Shown: positions 18,193 through 28,067 of the stretch, piece after piece
Position numbering within the stretch: position 1 is the first letter of the stretch
How the letters are laid out: each line of letters opens with the position of its first letter
Assembly: GCA_043732185.1 (NCBI GenBank)
Contig: JAYTHY010000032.1
Span: 1-39,154 of the forward strand
Reading direction: 5' to 3'
From: Fibrobacteria bacterium
GTDB taxonomy: Bacteria > Fibrobacterota > Fibrobacteria > UBA11236
DNA length: 39,154 nt
Program-made: the position numbers and the translations under genes
The notes under the pieces: generated by a model
Seen by the model: the letters and a program-made list of their open reading frames with translations, nothing else
Told to the model about the DNA's origin: nothing
The model's database searches: none

Positions 18193-19872
18193 CTAGCGTG
18201 TGCGCAGCAAGTACACACCGGTGCGTAAATCCTGGCGGGGCTGAATCAGCAGCGTGGACCCAAAAATCCGCACCGTAACGGGGATGCGACTGCCGGTAAT
18301 TTCAAACAACTCAAATTCGGGAACCGGATTAAGAAAATCCCATGGCAGAAATAGGGGATCCATTCCGCCCGGATGGTAAATTCGGAAACTTTCTGATTGC
18401 GATATCCGCGCCCGAGCGCCAATGTCAATGCTTTCCAAGGCAGCCCAGGCGTCTACCACTCCATACCCCATGGCTGAATCCGGATGCAGGAACCGGTCGG
18501 CGGTAGTGATCAAGGCTTGGCGAATGCTTTCGGCGCTGAGTTCCGGGTGCACCTGCCGCAAGAGCCCGGCAATGCCCGCCACCACTGGAGCGGCAAAACT
18601 GGTGCCGCCGAAAAGATTCACCGCGCCTGCGCCATCCCCGGAATTTCCCACCGCCACCGTGCATCCACTGAACAATCCTAAGGAAGCTACGTCCGGCTTG
18701 ACCCGCCCATCGGCGCTTGGACCCGTGCAGGAGTAACCGCAATGTTCCCGGTGCAAATCTGCAATGCCAACGGCCAGAATGCTATCCGCATCGGCGGGGG
18801 CGGACAAGGTGGGCGTGGTGGGAAAATGATCGGGACCGGGAATATTGCCTACGGATACAGAAACCACTACATTGCGCCGGGCCGCGCCTGTGGCTGCCAG
18901 GGAAGACGGGCGCGTTTTTCCATCCAAGACCGAATACGGGAGATCGGCATTACCGTCGTCATACTCATAGCGATAGCCCAAACTGATATTGATAACCTGC
19001 GCGCCGGAATCCACGGCACGCTCAATGGCAGCGGCAACATAATCTTCCTCTACGAATCCTTCATGAGCATTTTCTTCGGATCGGTATAGGAGAAATTCCG
19101 CATCCGGAGCCACGCCCACCAAAGTCCCAGGCAGGTTTCCACCAATCAGGGAAAGGCATTCCGCCCCATGGCTTTCCGGAGACAAATCCTGATAAACGGC
19201 CACGGGCTGTTTGGAGACGAAGTCCCATTGATCGCGGATTTTATTTTGCTTGAACAAGTCCTGGAAAACGGGGCTTCCCAAATGGAATTCCGCGTCGATG
19301 ATGGCGATGCGCAATCCATGGCCGGGCTTCCTTCCTGAATGAACGATCCAAGCATGTAGCTTATCGACCTGCAGGCTTTCCATCAATGCCTTTGCCGCTC
19401 CATAGTCGATGGACAAGGCAGCAGATTTTTTTAAACCTATGCCGTTATCCAAACCTATTCCTATACCTTTACCTTTACCCAAACCAACAGGCGGCCAAAG
19501 CTCTCCGGATTTAGGCAATGGCAGCCCGGGTTTGGCCTTACGAGGCAGGAGGGAAACTTCGAGCACAAAAGGCAATGCACGAAGTTGCGGAAACGCTTCG
19601 GCCACGGTCCAGCCGGAAACCCGGTTCTGCCATTTAAGGCGCGTATCGCATTGGAACCCGTGTGCCTCAAGGGAATCGATATACGGATCGAACACCGGTA
19701 GGTCTTCATAGCCGCGTGCCGTATGCGGAATTGCTGCGGAGCGTGGACCCTTGTCTGCCAAGCGAACCCATACCTTGACGGGTTCGGAGGCCAGGGCAGG
19801 CGGTGCCATACCCAGGTCCAGCAAAGAGGAAAACCCCAAGCCCAGTACTGTCCATCTCAGGGAGGGCCGCAT
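18193..19872 (-). CDS. Secreted S8 (subtilisin-family) serine peptidase with a C-terminal sorting-like domain
   Basis: Triad motifs 'IAIIDAEF', 'SHGAECL' and 'GTSFAAPVVAG', plus 'KPDVAS'. Start reassigned to ATG 19872 (signal-like 'MRPSLRWTVLGLG...PALA'), which removes the overlap with trpE. Tail is 'LRTGVYLLR'. Confidence 0.9.
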   Translation of the reverse strand: MRPSLRWTVLGLGFSSLLDLGMAPPALASEPVKVWVRLADKGPRSAAIPHTARGYEDLPVFDPYIDSLEAHGFQCDTRLKWQNRVSGWTVAEAFPQLRALPFVLEVSLLPRKAKPGLPLPKSGELWPPVGLGKGKGIGIGLDNGIGLKKSAALSIDYGAAKALMESLQVDKLHAWIVHSGRKPGHGLRIAIIDAEFHLGSPVFQDLFKQNKIRDQWDFVSKQPVAVYQDLSPESHGAECLSLIGGNLPGTLVGVAPDAEFLLYRSEENAHEGFVEEDYVAAAIERAVDSGAQVINISLGYRYEYDDGNADLPYSVLDGKTRPSSLAATGAARRNVVVSVSVGNIPGPDHFPTTPTLSAPADADSILAVGIADLHREHCGYSCTGPSADGRVKPDVASLGLFSGCTVAVGNSGDGAGAVNLFGGTSFAAPVVAGIAGLLRQVHPELSAESIRQALITTADRFLHPDSAMGYGVVDAWAALESIDIGARARISQSESFRIYHPGGMDPLFLPWDFLNPVPEFELFEITGSRIPVTVRIFGSTLLIQPRQDLRTGVYLLRTR

Positions 19873-19936
19873 ATTAAATGTTATATTAGCAACTTGCACC
19901 CATTGGAGACCAGCGGATAAAAACCGTCGCCATTTT

Positions 19937-21406
19937 ATGAAGACCTTGGAAGACATCCGGCCACTCGCTCTCAAGGGCAATGTAATCCCGCTCCATAAGG
20001 ATTTCCTGCCGGATTTGGATACGCCCATTTCCGCCTTGCTCAAGTTGAAACGGCCCGGTCATCGCGTTTTTCTATTGGAAAGCGTGGAGGTCGGTGAAAA
20101 GGTGGCCCGCTTTTCTTTCATCGGCAAAGACCCCCTGTACACGTTTACGGCCAAGGGCAGCCATGTCGAAATTCGCGGCAAAGAGCGCCAAGATATCGAA
20201 GGCGATGCGTTGGCGGAATTGCAAAAGTTTTTGGCCCGATTCAAAGGTGTGGACGATCCGGACTTGCCGCCTTTTTCGGGGGGCGCGGTAGGCTTTGTCT
20301 GCTACGATGCCATCCGACTGGTCGAGGATATTCCCGCCAGCGGCAAGGATGATTTCCATTTGCCGGATTTGCATTTCGGCATATTCGAATCTTTCCTGGT
20401 CTTCGATCATTTGAAACATAAACTGAGCATTGTCTCCAATGTGCTGGTGGATGAATTCCCTTCCCTGGATTTGGCCTATCAAGCCGCCGTCGCAAAAATC
20501 ACTGCACTGGAAGCGGATCTGGCACGGCCTGCGGTGCTGCCCGTGCCCTTAAGTTCAGAGCCCGCGCCGCCGGTGTGGGAGTCTAATTTTACAGAAGCGG
20601 GTTTCAAATCCGGTGTGCTCAAATGCAAAGAGTATATCCAAGCCGGTGACGCCTTTCAGATTGTATTGTCCCAGCGTTTCACCACCAGACCTGCAGCCGA
20701 TGCCTTGACCATCTATCGGGCTCTCAGGACCATCAATCCTTCCCCCTATATGTATTACCTGGATTATGGCGATTTTGAAATTGTGGGTGCATCACCAGAA
20801 ACTCTGGTCAAAGTGCAGAACGGAATTGCCGAGACCAAACCCATTGCCGGTACTCGTCCGCGTGGCCGGAACGATCTTGAAGATGTTGCCTTGGAAAAAG
20901 AACTGCTCGCAGATGCCAAGGAACGCGCCGAACATGTGATGCTCGTGGATCTCGGCCGCAATGATTTGGGCCGGGTATCCCAGTTTGGTACGGTGCGGGT
21001 TAAAAAATTCATGGCCGTGGAACGCTTTAGCAATGTCATGCATATCGTCTCGGAAGTGGAAAGCCGACTCAAACCGGAAATCCATCCCTTGCGCGCGTTG
21101 ATGTCCTGCCTGCCTGCCGGTACGCTTTCCGGTGCACCCAAAATCCGGGCCATGGAAATCATCGATGGGTTGGAGCCGCATCGCCGGGGCCTGTATGGTG
21201 GAGCCATTTGTTATATGGACTTCCGCGGAAATCTGGACTCGTGCATCGCCATCCGCACCATGGTGCTCAAGGACGGCACCGCCTACGTGCAAGCCGGTGG
21301 TGGTATTGTGGCCGATTCCGATCCTGATGCCGAGTATGCGGAAACCTACCACAAGGCCATGGCGCTGATGCGCGCGGTAGAGTTGTCCGGAAAGTTGCAA
21401 GTATGA
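19937..21406 (+). CDS. trpE: Anthranilate synthase component I
   Basis: 'FLLESVE', 'NPSPYMY', 'PIAGTRPRG', 'EHVMLVDLGRND' and 'PAGTLSGAPK'. Start reassigned to ATG 19937. Confidence 0.95.
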   Translation: MKTLEDIRPLALKGNVIPLHKDFLPDLDTPISALLKLKRPGHRVFLLESVEVGEKVARFSFIGKDPLYTFTAKGSHVEIRGKERQDIEGDALAELQKFLARFKGVDDPDLPPFSGGAVGFVCYDAIRLVEDIPASGKDDFHLPDLHFGIFESFLVFDHLKHKLSIVSNVLVDEFPSLDLAYQAAVAKITALEADLARPAVLPVPLSSEPAPPVWESNFTEAGFKSGVLKCKEYIQAGDAFQIVLSQRFTTRPAADALTIYRALRTINPSPYMYYLDYGDFEIVGASPETLVKVQNGIAETKPIAGTRPRGRNDLEDVALEKELLADAKERAEHVMLVDLGRNDLGRVSQFGTVRVKKFMAVERFSNVMHIVSEVESRLKPEIHPLRALMSCLPAGTLSGAPKIRAMEIIDGLEPHRRGLYGGAICYMDFRGNLDSCIAIRTMVLKDGTAYVQAGGGIVADSDPDAEYAETYHKAMALMRAVELSGKLQV

Positions 21407-22002
21407 TTCTGGTTGTAGACAATTACGATTCCTTCACTTTCAATCTGGTGCAGTATATCGGTGAAATAAATCCCGATCTGCGCGTCATCCGCAATGATGC
21501 CTTCAGCATAGAAGAAGTTCTGGCGCTTAAACCATCGCATATCGTGGTCTCGCCTGGTCCGTGTACGCCGGTAGAAGCCGGTATTTCCGTGGCGCTGATT
21601 CAAAAGGTGCCCACTTCCATTCCTCTCCTCGGCGTTTGCCTTGGTCACCAAGCCATCGGCGCGGCCTTTGGTGGCCAAGTAATCCGCGCGCCAGCCCCCA
21701 TGCATGGAAAAACCGCCACCATTGAACATGGTGGCACCGATTTGTTTCATGGGCTGCCACCGACATTTACAGCCACCCGGTACCATTCCCTGATCGTTTC
21801 CGAAATCGGTTTTCCGGATGAACTCACTGTAACGGCAACTTGCCGGGATACGACTGGTCCTCTCATCATGGCCCTGCGCCATAAGCATCGACCCATTTTC
21901 GGATTGCAATTCCATCCCGAGTCCATCTTGACTGAAAACGGCAAGCGGATGATCCAAAACTTCTTGGAGATGAAAGGGTTATTCTTGGAGAAAGGCATTT
22001 AA
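21403..22002 (+). CDS. trpG: Anthranilate synthase component II (glutamine amidotransferase)
   Basis: 'DNYDSFTFNL', 'SPGP', 'LGVCLGHQ' and 'QFHPES'. ATGA overlap with trpE. Confidence 0.95.
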   Translation: MILVVDNYDSFTFNLVQYIGEINPDLRVIRNDAFSIEEVLALKPSHIVVSPGPCTPVEAGISVALIQKVPTSIPLLGVCLGHQAIGAAFGGQVIRAPAPMHGKTATIEHGGTDLFHGLPPTFTATRYHSLIVSEIGFPDELTVTATCRDTTGPLIMALRHKHRPIFGLQFHPESILTENGKRMIQNFLEMKGLFLEKGI

Positions 22003-22003
22003 A

Positions 22004-23026
22004 ATGGCTGCCGCGCTACTTGGAAAATTGATACAAGGGGTTGATTTGAGCTTTGCAGAAATGCAAGGTGCCATGGCCGGCATTGTAGAAGGGCAATGGA
22101 CTCCGGCCCAGATCGGCGGATTCCTGATAGCGCTTAGAATCAAGGGAGAGACCGCGCAGGAAATCGCAGCAGCGGTATCCATCCTTAGAGAAAAAGCCAC
22201 GGTAGTGCCCACCTCTGCCAAACCGATTGTCGACACCTGCGGGACGGGCGGCGATCACAGCGGCTCGTTCAATATTTCCACGGCCGCTGCCATTGTGGCT
22301 GCCGGTGGCGGAGTAGCAGTAGCCAAGCATGGCAACAAGGCCGTCAGCAGCGCGTGCGGCAGTGCGAATGTGTTGCAAGAATTGGGCGTCAACTTGGAAC
22401 TGACCGCCGAGCAAGTGGGCGAATGCGTGGACAAATGCCGCATCGGCTTTCTGTTCGCACCCAAACTGCATGCATCCTTCAAACACGTGGTGGGCCCCCG
22501 CCAGGAGCTGGGTCAAAGAACACTGTTCAACGTACTCGGTCCCATGCTCAATCCCGCCCGGGCCAAACGCCAACTCATAGGCGTATACGACATGAAATTG
22601 ACCCGCATCTTGGCTGAAGTGCTGTCGGAATTGCGCTCCGAACACGTCATGGTGGTGGCCGGTACGGATGGGATGGATGAAATCAGTCTGACCGCGCCGA
22701 CCAAAGTCGCGGAACTGAAATCAGGTACGGTAACCGAATATATTTTAAACCCGCAGGATTTGGGATTCAACCTCTGCACGGCCGCGGACCTTCAAGGTGG
22801 CGATGCCGGCGTCAATGCTGCTATCATTCGTGGTGTTTTGGCGGGTAAAGCCGGAGCCCCTCTGGACATTGTGCTGCTCAACGCCGGTGCGGCCCTTTAT
22901 GTGGGGGGTATTGCAGCGGATCTCAAGGCCGGCGTGGCCCTAGCTCGGAAATCCGTGATCTCGGGTGCGGCTCAAAACACATTGGCCCAATGGATTTCCG
23001 TCTCGAAATCCTTCGCGTCAGTGTGA
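22004..23026 (+). CDS. trpD: Anthranilate phosphoribosyltransferase
   Basis: 'DTCGTGGD', 'FNISTA', 'AKHGN' and 'DGMDE'. Confidence 0.97.
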   Translation: MAAALLGKLIQGVDLSFAEMQGAMAGIVEGQWTPAQIGGFLIALRIKGETAQEIAAAVSILREKATVVPTSAKPIVDTCGTGGDHSGSFNISTAAAIVAAGGGVAVAKHGNKAVSSACGSANVLQELGVNLELTAEQVGECVDKCRIGFLFAPKLHASFKHVVGPRQELGQRTLFNVLGPMLNPARAKRQLIGVYDMKLTRILAEVLSELRSEHVMVVAGTDGMDEISLTAPTKVAELKSGTVTEYILNPQDLGFNLCTAADLQGGDAGVNAAIIRGVLAGKAGAPLDIVLLNAGAALYVGGIAADLKAGVALARKSVISGAAQNTLAQWISVSKSFASV

Positions 23027-23045
23027 TATAATTACCGATATCGAC

Positions 23046-23855
23046 ATGTCTGCCACCATCCTCGATAAAATTATCAAGGCCAAGGCCATCCGGTTATTGG
23101 ACCTCAAACAATCCGTATCCAGTGAAGATATAGAGGCGAAAGCCCGTAGACTCCCGCCATCCGATCACAATTTTCTTTCCGCTTTGACTGCGCCCAAACT
23201 TGCGTCCTCTGGAGGCCCCGGCATCCATGTCATTGCGGAAGTGAAAAAAGCCTCGCCATCACGCGGTATCATCCGAGACAACTTCAAGCCTTTGGAGATA
23301 GCGGCCGCTTACCTCGCCGGAGGCGCCTCAGCCATTTCCGTCTTGACGGAAGAAGATCCCTTTATGGGGCATGACAAATACCTACGGGACATTTCCCGGT
23401 CCGTGCCATTGCCCACCTTGCGTAAGGATTTCATCATCGATCCCTACCAGGTTTTTGAAGCCAAATGCCTTGGAGCCAGCGCCTATCTGCTCATTGTGGC
23501 ATGCCTTAAACCCAAGGATCTGACCAGCCTGATTGCTCTAGGATCGGAACTCGGCATGACGCCTTTGGTGGAAGCGCATACCGAAAGTGAAGTGCAAACC
23601 GCATTGGATGCCGGGGCGCGGCTAATCGGAATCAACAACCGCGACCTCAAAACCTTTACCATCGATTTGCAAACCAGCTACAAGCTCCGGAAGCTCATCC
23701 CATCGGAAATTCCCATGGTGGCCGAGTCCGGCATTCTCTCTTCAACCGACCTTAAAAACCTGGCGGAAGCAGGAATACAGGCGGCCTTGATTGGTGAAAC
23801 CCTGATGCGGCAAAAAGATATCACGGCCAAGCTCAAAGAACTGCTCTCCTTCTAA
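23046..23855 (+). CDS. trpC: Indole-3-glycerol phosphate synthase
   Basis: 'IAEVKKASPSRG', 'LRKDF', 'GINNRDL' and 'AESGI'. Start reassigned to ATG 23046. Confidence 0.96.
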   Translation: MSATILDKIIKAKAIRLLDLKQSVSSEDIEAKARRLPPSDHNFLSALTAPKLASSGGPGIHVIAEVKKASPSRGIIRDNFKPLEIAAAYLAGGASAISVLTEEDPFMGHDKYLRDISRSVPLPTLRKDFIIDPYQVFEAKCLGASAYLLIVACLKPKDLTSLIALGSELGMTPLVEAHTESEVQTALDAGARLIGINNRDLKTFTIDLQTSYKLRKLIPSEIPMVAESGILSSTDLKNLAEAGIQAALIGETLMRQKDITAKLKELLSF

Positions 23856-23878
23856 TCGTCCAGACGCTCCAAGCCACA

Positions 23879-24352
23879 ATGCCTCAAAAAATCCTTTTCG
23901 TCTGTCTTGGCAATATCTGCCGTTCTCCCCTGGCTGAAGGGATCTTCCTGCATTTGTGTGCAGAACAAAGTTTAAGCAGCGTGTATAGCGTGGATTCAGC
24001 TGGAACCGGAGACTGGCATGCCGGGCAGCAACCCGATAAACGCTCCATCGCAGCGGCCCAGCGGCAGGGCATCAAGCTAACGCATGTCTGCCGGCAAATA
24101 AGGCTCGATGATTTTTTGAAATTCGACCAAATCCTGGTCATGGACAAGAGTAATTTGCAGGACTTGACTGCACAATGTCCGCCGCAATACCGAACCAAAA
24201 TTAAACTCATCCGCGACTTCGATTCCGACGGGGAAAAGGGTCTTGACGTTCCGGACCCCTATTACGGTGGACCATCGGATTTTGATGCCGTTTACAGCAT
24301 GCTGTATCGATGTTGCACTTGCCTGCTAAACGATTTGGAAAACCTGCGTTAA
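23879..24352 (+). CDS. Low-molecular-weight protein-tyrosine phosphatase
   Basis: P-loop 'FVCLGNICRSP' and 'DPYYG'. Confidence 0.95.
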   Translation: MPQKILFVCLGNICRSPLAEGIFLHLCAEQSLSSVYSVDSAGTGDWHAGQQPDKRSIAAAQRQGIKLTHVCRQIRLDDFLKFDQILVMDKSNLQDLTAQCPPQYRTKIKLIRDFDSDGEKGLDVPDPYYGGPSDFDAVYSMLYRCCTCLLNDLENLR

Positions 24353-24390
24353 GTTGCCCCGGCTGCCCACTAATCTTACATTGACTTACT

Positions 24391-27300
24391 ATGCAAAAAA
24401 CCATATTCCACTTGGCTTATGTCCTATTTGTAGCCGCAATTACTTTTGGTTATTCCACTTCCCAAGCGGAAGCGTTGCACACATTGGAAACAGCCCACTA
24501 TCGCATTGCTTTTCCAAAAAAATATGAGCAAATGGGCGGTGAGATTTTAGAAATTGCGGAAAAAGTTTGGCCGACTTTGGCAAAAGCCTACGACAGCTAC
24601 GAACATTATGAAACCATCGACATCCTTATCACCGATGACGGAGATGATGCGAATGGGTTCGCCATTTACAATTTTTCCAGAGTGGCCATTTTCGCCCCGC
24701 ATATGGATTGGGTGATGCGCAATCGCCACACTTGGCTTCGCAATGTAGTGACGCATGAGTTGGCGCATATTTTCACATTACGCCGGGCAGCATGGCTTTC
24801 TCCCGTCGACCAGGTTGATATCTATGGCGGCACTTACAATTACAGCGATCGGATCAATTACTCGTTTCACCTGCCTTGGATTCCTTTGGTTGCGCCCACC
24901 TGGTACATTGAAGGCATTGCCCAATTTGAAGCCGCACAAAACGGCAACGACTCGTGGGATTCGCAGCGGGATATGGTGCTGCGCGATGCCTACTTGACAG
25001 GCACCTTACCGACTCTTGATTTTATCGAAACATTTCAAAGCGATGAGGACTGGACGCAAAGCGAACGCTGCTATAATACCGGCTTCGGATTCCTACTGTA
25101 TCTGAAAAATCGCTTTGGGGTGGACAAGGTGCGTGAACTTGCAAAACCCAAGCCCATTTTCAACTTCTCCTATTCAGTCCGCAAAGCTTTCGGAAAAGAA
25201 CTTCCAGATCTATTTGAAGACTTCCGCCGTTCTCTAGTGGAACGCTACGCGGACTTCAAAGACTTTTCCGTCGACTCTCTAGCCGATAGTGAAATGAAGG
25301 GTGGATACCAACAAAACCTGGCCCTCTCATCGGATGGGAGATTTATGGCCTGGCTCGGCAATGGCGAGAATCGCCGCGCCCCATTAAATTGGATTTTCTG
25401 GAAAGAAATAGGATCCGGAAAAATCAATAAATCGGCAAGCACGGTTGATAAGCCTCAAGGACTTACCGCTCCCGTGAACACTGGTCTTAATCAAACTCAG
25501 CAATATCATTTAAAAGCAGCGCCGACTCTAGCATCGGGTTTAAATGGGGACTACGGTTCCATGTCCGTATTTTCTGGTCAACGGATGGGAAATCCTTTGT
25601 TGGGACTGGCGAGAAATATTATCCCGAACATTCAACGGCGCGCCATATCTAGAACGAATAGCCCAACCAAAGCAGTTTTGCCATCTGATGTAGAGCGGAG
25701 CGATGAAGCCGGCTCATCAGGACTCGAATTCAACCATGACAATTCAAAACTGCTCACCACTCGCCGGGATAAATACGCGGCTTATACGGATATTTGGGAA
25801 TATGACTTTCGTTCCAAAGAAGATGAAGAAGACAAATGGCATCGCCTTACTTGGGAAATCCGAGCAGCATACCCCAGTTATCATCCCACTAAAAACCTGA
25901 TTGTTTATACTTCAAAGTCGTATGGAACCAGCAATCTTAGGTTATTGGATTCGACTGGCCAGGGGTTTATACTCACAAATTTTACCGACGGGGAGCAGAT
26001 TTACAATCCCCGCTTTAATGGAAAAGGCGATTCAATTTATTTCACACTTGGCATTGAAGACAAAGAAGCCATCGTGTCCATCAATGCCGGAACCCCTGCC
26101 TTTGATCCCTTCTTAGCCCTTAGAGATTCCGCCGTTTTTCCAGATTCAAGTTACCTGGCCAAATCTCAACGACTCACCTTTATCACTCCAATGAAGCACG
26201 GGTCCATTCGCAACATTCGATTTTCCAATGACACTCTTTTTTGGTCCTCTAACTCGGAAGACAGCTTGAATAGTGTGTACGATATCTATGCCAAACTCCC
26301 CCAGGATTCAGCCGTTTACCGTGCCACACAGGTTGCGGGTCAAGCCTTGGAAGCACTTCCCCACAATGGAACGCTGTATTATCAGGGATATCATAGACAG
26401 AAATTTCAAATTTTTAAACAGACTTTAGCCCTCACGAGAACCAAGAATATTCTGTATTCAGTGACTGACTCGCTCCCAACTTTTAAGCCAAAGCCTCTTG
26501 AGTATTCCAAGGCTTTTGATACCAGCACCTACTACGGGACCAAGGTCGCCACAGAAATAATTCCCTACCTCGCCGTGCAGCCGCAGTTTTTAAGTGGGGA
26601 TCGCTCCTTTACGGATCTCGCATTAGGCGTCAACGTGACCATGGGAGAAGCTTACGGAGGCTGGATGCAAAGTGTGGGTGGTGCAATAACCAAACGAGCC
26701 AATTTGAAAGATCCGATGAATTACCAATTGTCCTATTCGGGATTTCTCACTTCCACCTCTATTCGACATACCACTTTTGACTGGTCTCCGGCATTGTATT
26801 ATGGCCTTTTTCATGATGTGCTTCAATTTAATGATCGTAGAGATGTCAATGATGGGTTCGTGATTGGTTCCGACTCCATTTCAGTCAAAGGAAATCAAAG
26901 CGCACGCAGCCAATTCAGCCGTTATGCCGCTTCCGTTGCCTCTCCACTCCCCTATGGACTTCTCATTGACGCAAGCTTTTGGACTCAATCCATCACTGAA
27001 ATCGACAATCAAGCCATTGTCTTTCATAATTTCACCACCAATGAAAACTTTACGCAGAAGCAAGAAGCCACAAGCCTATCCGACGCCCTGCAACATCGAC
27101 ATTTCAACACGGGTTTAAACTGGTCTTGGTCCAAAGGAATGTGGGGCACCTACTTGCCTACAGGCGGATGGATAAGCACCGGGATTCACAAATGGTGGGC
27201 AACCTATGAAACTGGTGCTTTTACAACTTTAGACTCAGCGACCAGTAACCAGCTCATCATGGAGGGGAATATCGCTCCCAGGGGCATTTTACCATTGGCG

Positions 27301-28017
27301 AAATTTGAGCCCTGGAATTTTGATATTGCCGGCGGAGGCCTGTTTTCATTAGGCAAAACCTTTACCCTCTTTGCAAATGTCGAGGCTTCCGCCTTTTTAA
27401 ATAAAGAACCTATGTCAACGGATTCGGTGCAAGTCACACCCAATAATTTTACCACAGTTGAAAATCTGGACGATGGATTATGGGTCATGGCCAATCGAAT
27501 TGGTTATTTCAGATTGCACGGTTATCCCTATAACTTCAAGTATCGCGGACGACAAATCATGGAAGGCTCTTCCATGGTCTACGGACAATTTGGGATTCAA
27601 ATCCCAATTAAAGTTGGATTATTTATTCCTGATTTACCCACAAGCTCGCTTAAACAATTCCTTATTTCAGGCATTGGAGAATGGGGTACGACCTTAAACT
27701 CCGCGCCGGATAAAATCTATCGCAGCCTTGAGGAAGGGCAACATCATCTGCTCTTGGACTTTGGGCTTAAAGCCTCCATGAATTTTAACCTGTATCACCA
27801 GATTCCATTCACTCTGTATGCCCAAGCCTTTGTTCCCTTTAATGAACTCAAAGCCGAAAATTTATACTGGGATGACTTTTCCCATACAGGGAGACCCAAT
27901 CCGGATGGTTCAGCGAGTCCGGAACAAATCAGGAATGCCGGTCAAGATCGGGCCACATATATCAATCAAGTCAAAGACCCACGTTACTTCGTTGGTTTCA
28001 ATCTCGGCATTTTCTAG
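24391..28017 (+). CDS. Large outer-membrane protein: N-terminal gluzincin/peptidase MA-like domain, TolB-like beta-propeller, C-terminal beta-barrel
   Basis: Signal peptide ('...SQA-EA'). 'VTHELAH' plus downstream 'WYIEGIAQF'. PD40-like blades ('ALSSDGRFMAW', 'YPSYHP', 'YNPRFNGKGDSIYF'). Amphipathic strands and terminal 'YFVGFNLGIF'. Confidence 0.75.
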   Translation: MQKTIFHLAYVLFVAAITFGYSTSQAEALHTLETAHYRIAFPKKYEQMGGEILEIAEKVWPTLAKAYDSYEHYETIDILITDDGDDANGFAIYNFSRVAIFAPHMDWVMRNRHTWLRNVVTHELAHIFTLRRAAWLSPVDQVDIYGGTYNYSDRINYSFHLPWIPLVAPTWYIEGIAQFEAAQNGNDSWDSQRDMVLRDAYLTGTLPTLDFIETFQSDEDWTQSERCYNTGFGFLLYLKNRFGVDKVRELAKPKPIFNFSYSVRKAFGKELPDLFEDFRRSLVERYADFKDFSVDSLADSEMKGGYQQNLALSSDGRFMAWLGNGENRRAPLNWIFWKEIGSGKINKSASTVDKPQGLTAPVNTGLNQTQQYHLKAAPTLASGLNGDYGSMSVFSGQRMGNPLLGLARNIIPNIQRRAISRTNSPTKAVLPSDVERSDEAGSSGLEFNHDNSKLLTTRRDKYAAYTDIWEYDFRSKEDEEDKWHRLTWEIRAAYPSYHPTKNLIVYTSKSYGTSNLRLLDSTGQGFILTNFTDGEQIYNPRFNGKGDSIYFTLGIEDKEAIVSINAGTPAFDPFLALRDSAVFPDSSYLAKSQRLTFITPMKHGSIRNIRFSNDTLFWSSNSEDSLNSVYDIYAKLPQDSAVYRATQVAGQALEALPHNGTLYYQGYHRQKFQIFKQTLALTRTKNILYSVTDSLPTFKPKPLEYSKAFDTSTYYGTKVATEIIPYLAVQPQFLSGDRSFTDLALGVNVTMGEAYGGWMQSVGGAITKRANLKDPMNYQLSYSGFLTSTSIRHTTFDWSPALYYGLFHDVLQFNDRRDVNDGFVIGSDSISVKGNQSARSQFSRYAASVASPLPYGLLIDASFWTQSITEIDNQAIVFHNFTTNENFTQKQEATSLSDALQHRHFNTGLNWSWSKGMWGTYLPTGGWISTGIHKWWATYETGAFTTLDSATSNQLIMEGNIAPRGILPLAKFEPWNFDIAGGGLFSLGKTFTLFANVEASAFLNKEPMSTDSVQVTPNNFTTVENLDDGLWVMANRIGYFRLHGYPYNFKYRGRQIMEGSSMVYGQFGIQIPIKVGLFIPDLPTSSLKQFLISGIGEWGTTLNSAPDKIYRSLEEGQHHLLLDFGLKASMNFNLYHQIPFTLYAQAFVPFNELKAENLYWDDFSHTGRPNPDGSASPEQIRNAGQDRATYINQVKDPRYFVGFNLGIF

Positions 28018-28067
28018 ACGATGGCACAGTCCAGCAGCACAAGGTAGACAGGCTTAAAGGTTCGCTT

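Noticed and set aside
19751..20043. Apparent ~290-bp head-to-head overlap of the S8 peptidase and trpE
   Set aside because: Artefact of longest-ORF calling; starts at 19872 (-) and 19937 (+) give sensible N-termini and a 64-bp gap.
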